A stretch of 64,000 nucleotides of DNA from Fidelibacterota bacterium (GTDB taxonomy: Bacteria; Fidelibacterota; Fidelibacteria; Fidelibacterales; DSDE01): NCBI GenBank assembly GCA_046735395.1, contig JBJKQR010000036.1, positions 1 through 64,000 of the forward strand. The letters are read 5' to 3'. This document shows, one piece after another, positions 60,401-64,000 of the stretch. The notes beneath the pieces are model-generated. The model was given only the letters and a program-made list of their open reading frames with translations, ran no database searches and was not told where the DNA came from. The stretch's first letter is position 1. Every line of letters starts with the position of its first letter. The position numbers and the translations under genes were made by a program.

Positions 60401-60576
60401 TCAAGCAGCTTCCGATTATTGCCCTTACGGCCAATGCCCTCCCCGAGGAAGAAAAGAAAATATATGATGCCGGTATGAACGACCGTATTCTGAAACCGAT
60501 TGATTTCAATGAAATGATTACAAAAATGTGCAGATTGATCAATGTAGCTCAGAAACGAAGGAATCCGGAAGAATGA
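57430..60576 (+). CDS. Membrane hybrid sensor kinase: periplasmic domain, 3 PAS, HisKA, HATPase, REC
   Basis: Two TM helices; SSDDLTRMVRTYV; SHEIRTPMN; GGTGLGL; MDVQMP. Confidence 0.93.
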   Translation: MLKFIKDSIGDILLISIGLTIVGFGFYIYSGFKIQNTYQKAQVSRAFATEMKQSSDDLTRMVRTYVVTRDLKYKTYYQEILDIRNGKSPRPDVIGDVYWDLVLNDDEQPKRSGPKIALTELMRQSGITEQEFDLLEKARHASDSLTSIEFFAMKTIENPACSEEDHRKMINLLFDENYHRYKAGIMEPISRFQKRVRLRTDAVILREENLQKTSLAILIFLLLASGYLLKEVNSMLESQSENLSREVRKKASDLEKTHNKLHLSEERSRAILNATTNGIVTIDCNDRIISLNRATETIFGFSAEEITGKNLSILIDETHLPEKFEFAGCGTENSREHNAVRRMEMNARRKNGDIFPIEIAISDVKLNDETFFTAVFSDISERKKREAELRESKERFRNIFESSPDAIMLLHDSRFIDCNEATLNLFGVPDVSRFQGLQPAAISPQTQPDGQDSHKLSMAHIDEVLEKGYSKFEWLHIRVDNNHPFISEVILSPFKDGSNMILVVVRDISERKQQERILAESRQRYENLVNDIGDEYVIFSYIGDTGVITYASDGMQDIFGIKKDNIIGKVWINEIDWNPEDLDRAVREIQNLVEGKMDISRLELRFRHPDGEEKSIYVISHPRWVKGQDVPFIEGILQDITERKKAEAEILKSREEAEKANRAKSEFLANMSHEIRTPMNAIIGMTELMIKTDLNTKQRNYSDKVLMSAKGLLGILNDILDFSKIEAGKLTMEKKAFRLHDVIDNLAGIFEFSSERKKIHLIFDIDDEIPEFLTGDALRLSQILTNLCNNALKFTGEGGKIIIHAELEGRETRDRVKIRFSVSDTGIGISEEQQARLFQAFSQADVSTTRKYGGTGLGLVISQRLVHMMGGQIWVDSSVGSGSTFYFTVLMDIDRNHPQDLELNSVQESEERKNHLKGAKILLVEDNEINQEVAMDLLADFEIQFFIANNGREALEILDRETDFDGILMDVQMPVMDGCEATRQIRSRENFKQLPIIALTANALPEEEKKIYDAGMNDRILKPIDFNEMITKMCRLINVAQKRRNPEE

Positions 60577-60619
60577 TCTTCCTTCCAGCTGCAGCAACGT
60601 ATTCCGCAAATCCGGAACG

Positions 60620-61564
60620 ATGCGCATGATAAAGGATATCATATCCGATAATGGCTGTGAGCTTTTTCGGGCCATTGCCGAACAGACCGGACAGGGAATA
60701 TCCATTGCGGACATATCCACAGGCCGCTATATCTACGTAAATCGATCTTTTTGCGAAATGACCGGCTACAGCGAGGAAAGACTCCTGGAAATGAAGGTTC
60801 GGGATATCGTTCCCTCCGATACCGAACTTCTGCTTTTTCCCAAACTTACAAAACGGGAATCCGGCATCCGGGAGACCTATCTGCAGAAAAGGGATGGCAC
60901 TCTGTTTCTGGCGGAAATTAAGGGTTTCCCCATCGATTTTGAGGGGCAGCAGTACAACATGGGAATCGTCAGCGATATTACCCATACACGGAATAATGAG
61001 ATCATTATCGAAAAATTCTTTGACCAGCCCCTGAACATCCATCTCATCGCCGATCTGCAGGGTCGGATTGTCCGGGTGAATACCGGCTGGGAGCATCATC
61101 TGGGGTATGCAAAGGACGAGGTGACCGGCAGGACATTCTTTGAATTCATTCATCCCGAGGATGTGGCCGCCACACAGGAGGAAATGAAAAAGCTGGAGCA
61201 GGGGAAAACGGTGTTCTATTTTGAAAACCGCTATCGTCACCGAAAAGGAATGTACAAATTCTTTGCCTGGTCCGCCGTGGCCGTTCCCGAAGAAAAACTG
61301 GTTTTTGCCGTCGCCTCCGATATTACCAAACAGCACTCATCCGAAGATATTCTGAAACTGAAGATTCGGGAGCTGGAAAAAGCGCTGGAAGAGGTGAGGA
61401 CCCTGCGCGGAATCGTTCCCATCTGTTCCTACTGCAAGCAGATCCGGGATGACGAAGGCTACTGGCGGCGCGTGGAAGACTATCTCAGCGAACAGACCGA
61501 TGCCCGCTTTTCCCACGGACTCTGCCCGGACTGCATGAAAAAATATTTTCCTGATCTGAAATAA
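60620..61564 (+). CDS. PAS-PAS protein with C-terminal Cys4 domain
   Basis: Two PAS; PICSYCKQIRDDEGYW...FSHGLCPDC. Confidence 0.9.
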   Translation: MRMIKDIISDNGCELFRAIAEQTGQGISIADISTGRYIYVNRSFCEMTGYSEERLLEMKVRDIVPSDTELLLFPKLTKRESGIRETYLQKRDGTLFLAEIKGFPIDFEGQQYNMGIVSDITHTRNNEIIIEKFFDQPLNIHLIADLQGRIVRVNTGWEHHLGYAKDEVTGRTFFEFIHPEDVAATQEEMKKLEQGKTVFYFENRYRHRKGMYKFFAWSAVAVPEEKLVFAVASDITKQHSSEDILKLKIRELEKALEEVRTLRGIVPICSYCKQIRDDEGYWRRVEDYLSEQTDARFSHGLCPDCMKKYFPDLK

Positions 61565-62056
61565 AGCATATCTATGGGCGCGCCACCGATAGCGGTGTAG
61601 AGCCCGGAATTCCTGTCTATTCTGCCCTGCAGTTTTTCCGGAAAATCCAACCGTCCTATTCCAATTGGTCCGCAATACTTTTCGCATTCTTACCGTTATT
61701 TGGCTTATTCAGTATAATTTATCTATTATACTATACTTATAATATTATATATGATAATGATATTTTAGATAATATCCTGTATCAACTATTTAAATGACAA
61801 ATTATTTCTGCAATCCATCCGTTGTATTGAGGTATTTGAATACACCTGGCAGGAATACAGCAGGCACAGGCCCCTCAATATTCCCTCAAATTCGCCGCTG
61901 AAAAAAAACAATTGGAAATAAAACGAATTTCTGCTAACATTCTTCTGATGCATATTTGTTAATGATAGCATGACATCGACGGGTGATGAGAGGCAGTTAC
62001 TCCTGACGGGGGCATCACCATCGATACAGCGTAACCATACACAGATAGGAGTAGTC

Positions 62057-62806
62057 ATGAAAACAAGTCTGAAAATTTTGCTTCTGATGTTCACAGTAAC
62101 CCTCACCGCCCTGGCCGGGCCGGCTGATTCCAGCCGCTGCACTCTGCCGCATCAGGATGCCCGTTCACTCGATTTCGGCCTGAGCGGCCTTTTCAATCTG
62201 TCCGGATATATCGGCAACAGTATCGCATTCAAACATTTCAAGACCCCGACCACGGCGTATCGGTTCACGCTCCTGACAGATCTGGGAGGAAAAAATCAGA
62301 ACGGGTCCGAAACGGATCATTACGTCGACGACAACGATTCACTCTTTCTACAGAATGATTTCCAAAATTCGTCCAAAGCTTGGTCGGGCCAGATTATGAT
62401 CTCTGCTCAGAAACTGTGCTATCAGCATCCCTACAACAAACTGTCCCTGTATTACGGTATCGGCCCAGTTTTAGGATTCTCCGTTTCAAGGAATTATGTC
62501 ACATACGATCCGAGTGCTGTACCGGAGAATACGTCTTATACCTCCGAAAATGAATCCAATGCAAGAACGTTCTATACCGGAATCGTTCCCTCCGTAGGTG
62601 TGGACTGCTTTCTTCACAAAAATGTGAGTGTCTTCGCTGAATATTATACGCTGATCAAGCTGGGATGGACCCAGACAATAAATACTCGAAACTATGTTTC
62701 CTATTCGAATAATTATTATCACCATACAATCTCAAAAGATTTGCAGGGACTCTACTGGGATATGCAGGGATACGCGAGAGCCGGAGTGGCCTTTTTCTTT
62801 CATTAA
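62057..62806 (+). CDS. Probable outer-membrane beta-barrel protein
   Basis: AGGAG RBS; signal peptide; C-terminal AGVAFFFH. Confidence 0.75.
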   Translation: MKTSLKILLLMFTVTLTALAGPADSSRCTLPHQDARSLDFGLSGLFNLSGYIGNSIAFKHFKTPTTAYRFTLLTDLGGKNQNGSETDHYVDDNDSLFLQNDFQNSSKAWSGQIMISAQKLCYQHPYNKLSLYYGIGPVLGFSVSRNYVTYDPSAVPENTSYTSENESNARTFYTGIVPSVGVDCFLHKNVSVFAEYYTLIKLGWTQTINTRNYVSYSNNYYHHTISKDLQGLYWDMQGYARAGVAFFFH

Positions 62807-62910
62807 ACGGAGTGATCGTTTCCTCTTTTTCGTTCTGTCTTTATTTCTGCTGTATTTGCTGACAACTTTCAGAGTACTCGCGCCCTCATAGAGAGAAAAA
62901 GGAGCTTGAA

Positions 62911-63954
62911 ATGCTGTTTCGCAAATTCGGACATCTGGCCTTTTCGGCGCTGGTATTCGCATCCTGTGTCGTGTACCAGCGTCCGGACCTGAAGACGGAT
63001 CTGACGGTTCCCGCCCCCTTTTACACCAAGGATCGGATGCCCCTGATACTGTTCGATACCGGACATGGCGAATTTCATGATCCGGCCGGCACCTACCGTC
63101 CATTCGCTCTGCTGATGGAACATGACGGCATTCACCTTCAGACCCGTTCGGGATGGTTTACGTCCGAAAATCTCCGGGATCTGCAGGTCCTCATCATTGC
63201 CAACGCGACGGCCGATGAATCCGGTTCCGCTTTTACCGAAGCAGAAATTGCCGCACTTCGCAGCTATGTGCAGCAGGGAGGTGGCCTCCTGCTTATCGCC
63301 GACCATGATCCCTTCGGATCGGCCGCCGCGCCGCTGGCAGCTGCCTTCGGAGTCCGAATGGCATCGGTCTGGACTGTGGATTCGCTTCGATGGAATCCCG
63401 CAATCAGCCGGCCGACCTGGCTGGAATACAGCCGGAACAACGGAGGGCTTCAGCCCCATCCCATTCTGCAGTGGGACAGCCCGGACCGCGCTGTCCGCCG
63501 TGTCCTCACCTTTACCGGCCAGTCTCTGGATATTGACAGCGCTTGGACGCCCATCCTTAAATTATCCTCAGCCGCCAGAGACTATACCCAGCGTTCGGAT
63601 GCAGCAGCCTGTACTCAGGACAGGTCGGCCTGGTCCCCGGCCTCGGGCCGTTGCCAGCTGGCCGCCCGGACTTACGGCCGGGGCCGGATTGTCATATCCG
63701 GCGAGGCAGCTCTCTTCACCTCACAGGAAGTGAGGATATTCTTTAAAACACTTCATGCCGGGTTCAACACGCCCGGCTACGATGATAAACAGCTTGTGTT
63801 AAATATTATGCATTGGCTACTAGGTGATCTGCAGGCGTCAGCTGCTTTTACGGTAGGAAAAGACGGCCCAGCCATTGAAAAAGAGGGCAAAGCCGCAGAG
63901 GGCGGCAAAATGCCATTTCAGATCGGAAAAGCCACAGCCTTTGAGAAAGACTGA
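62911..63954 (+). CDS. Lipoprotein with class-I GATase-like (DUF4350-like) fold
   Basis: Lipobox FAS-C; LFDTGHGE; YVQQGGGLLLIADH.PFG; GRGRIV. Confidence 0.75.
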   Translation: MLFRKFGHLAFSALVFASCVVYQRPDLKTDLTVPAPFYTKDRMPLILFDTGHGEFHDPAGTYRPFALLMEHDGIHLQTRSGWFTSENLRDLQVLIIANATADESGSAFTEAEIAALRSYVQQGGGLLLIADHDPFGSAAAPLAAAFGVRMASVWTVDSLRWNPAISRPTWLEYSRNNGGLQPHPILQWDSPDRAVRRVLTFTGQSLDIDSAWTPILKLSSAARDYTQRSDAAACTQDRSAWSPASGRCQLAARTYGRGRIVISGEAALFTSQEVRIFFKTLHAGFNTPGYDDKQLVLNIMHWLLGDLQASAAFTVGKDGPAIEKEGKAAEGGKMPFQIGKATAFEKD

Positions 63955-64000
63955 TCTCAGCACTTCCACCATATAGCGCAGCGGACTGAAGCGGCTCACG

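Overview
64 kb of bacterial chromosome, most likely an FCB-superphylum organism (Marinisomatota/Cloacimonadota/Calditrichota-like; inferred from four secreted proteins ending in a QNYPNPFN...FlgD/T9SS-type C-terminal domain). Layout: (1) 1-1900, mosaic of dispersed repeats plus a small TM-Cys4 gene. (2) 2189-6594, integron gene-cassette array: an attI-like site, four cassettes with matching core/inverse-core sites, and no integrase in the window. The first cassette encodes a Schlafen/AlbA_2-HATPase_c_4 protein fused to an RRM. (3) An atypical soluble chemoreceptor, decayed genes and a paralogue of the TM-Cys4 gene. (4) A housekeeping block (lipB, dgt, fetAB-like ABC pair, SDR, amidase, murI, folC). 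(5) tRNA-Val, -Arg and -Lys. Val and Lys each have a duplicated 3' end interrupted in the T-arm, and a tyrosine-integrase remnant absent from the ORF track lies next to tRNA-Lys. (6) A cluster of large secreted modular proteins. (7) A 14.6-kb phosphorelay/c-di-GMP cluster. All calls come from reading motifs by eye; no searches were run.
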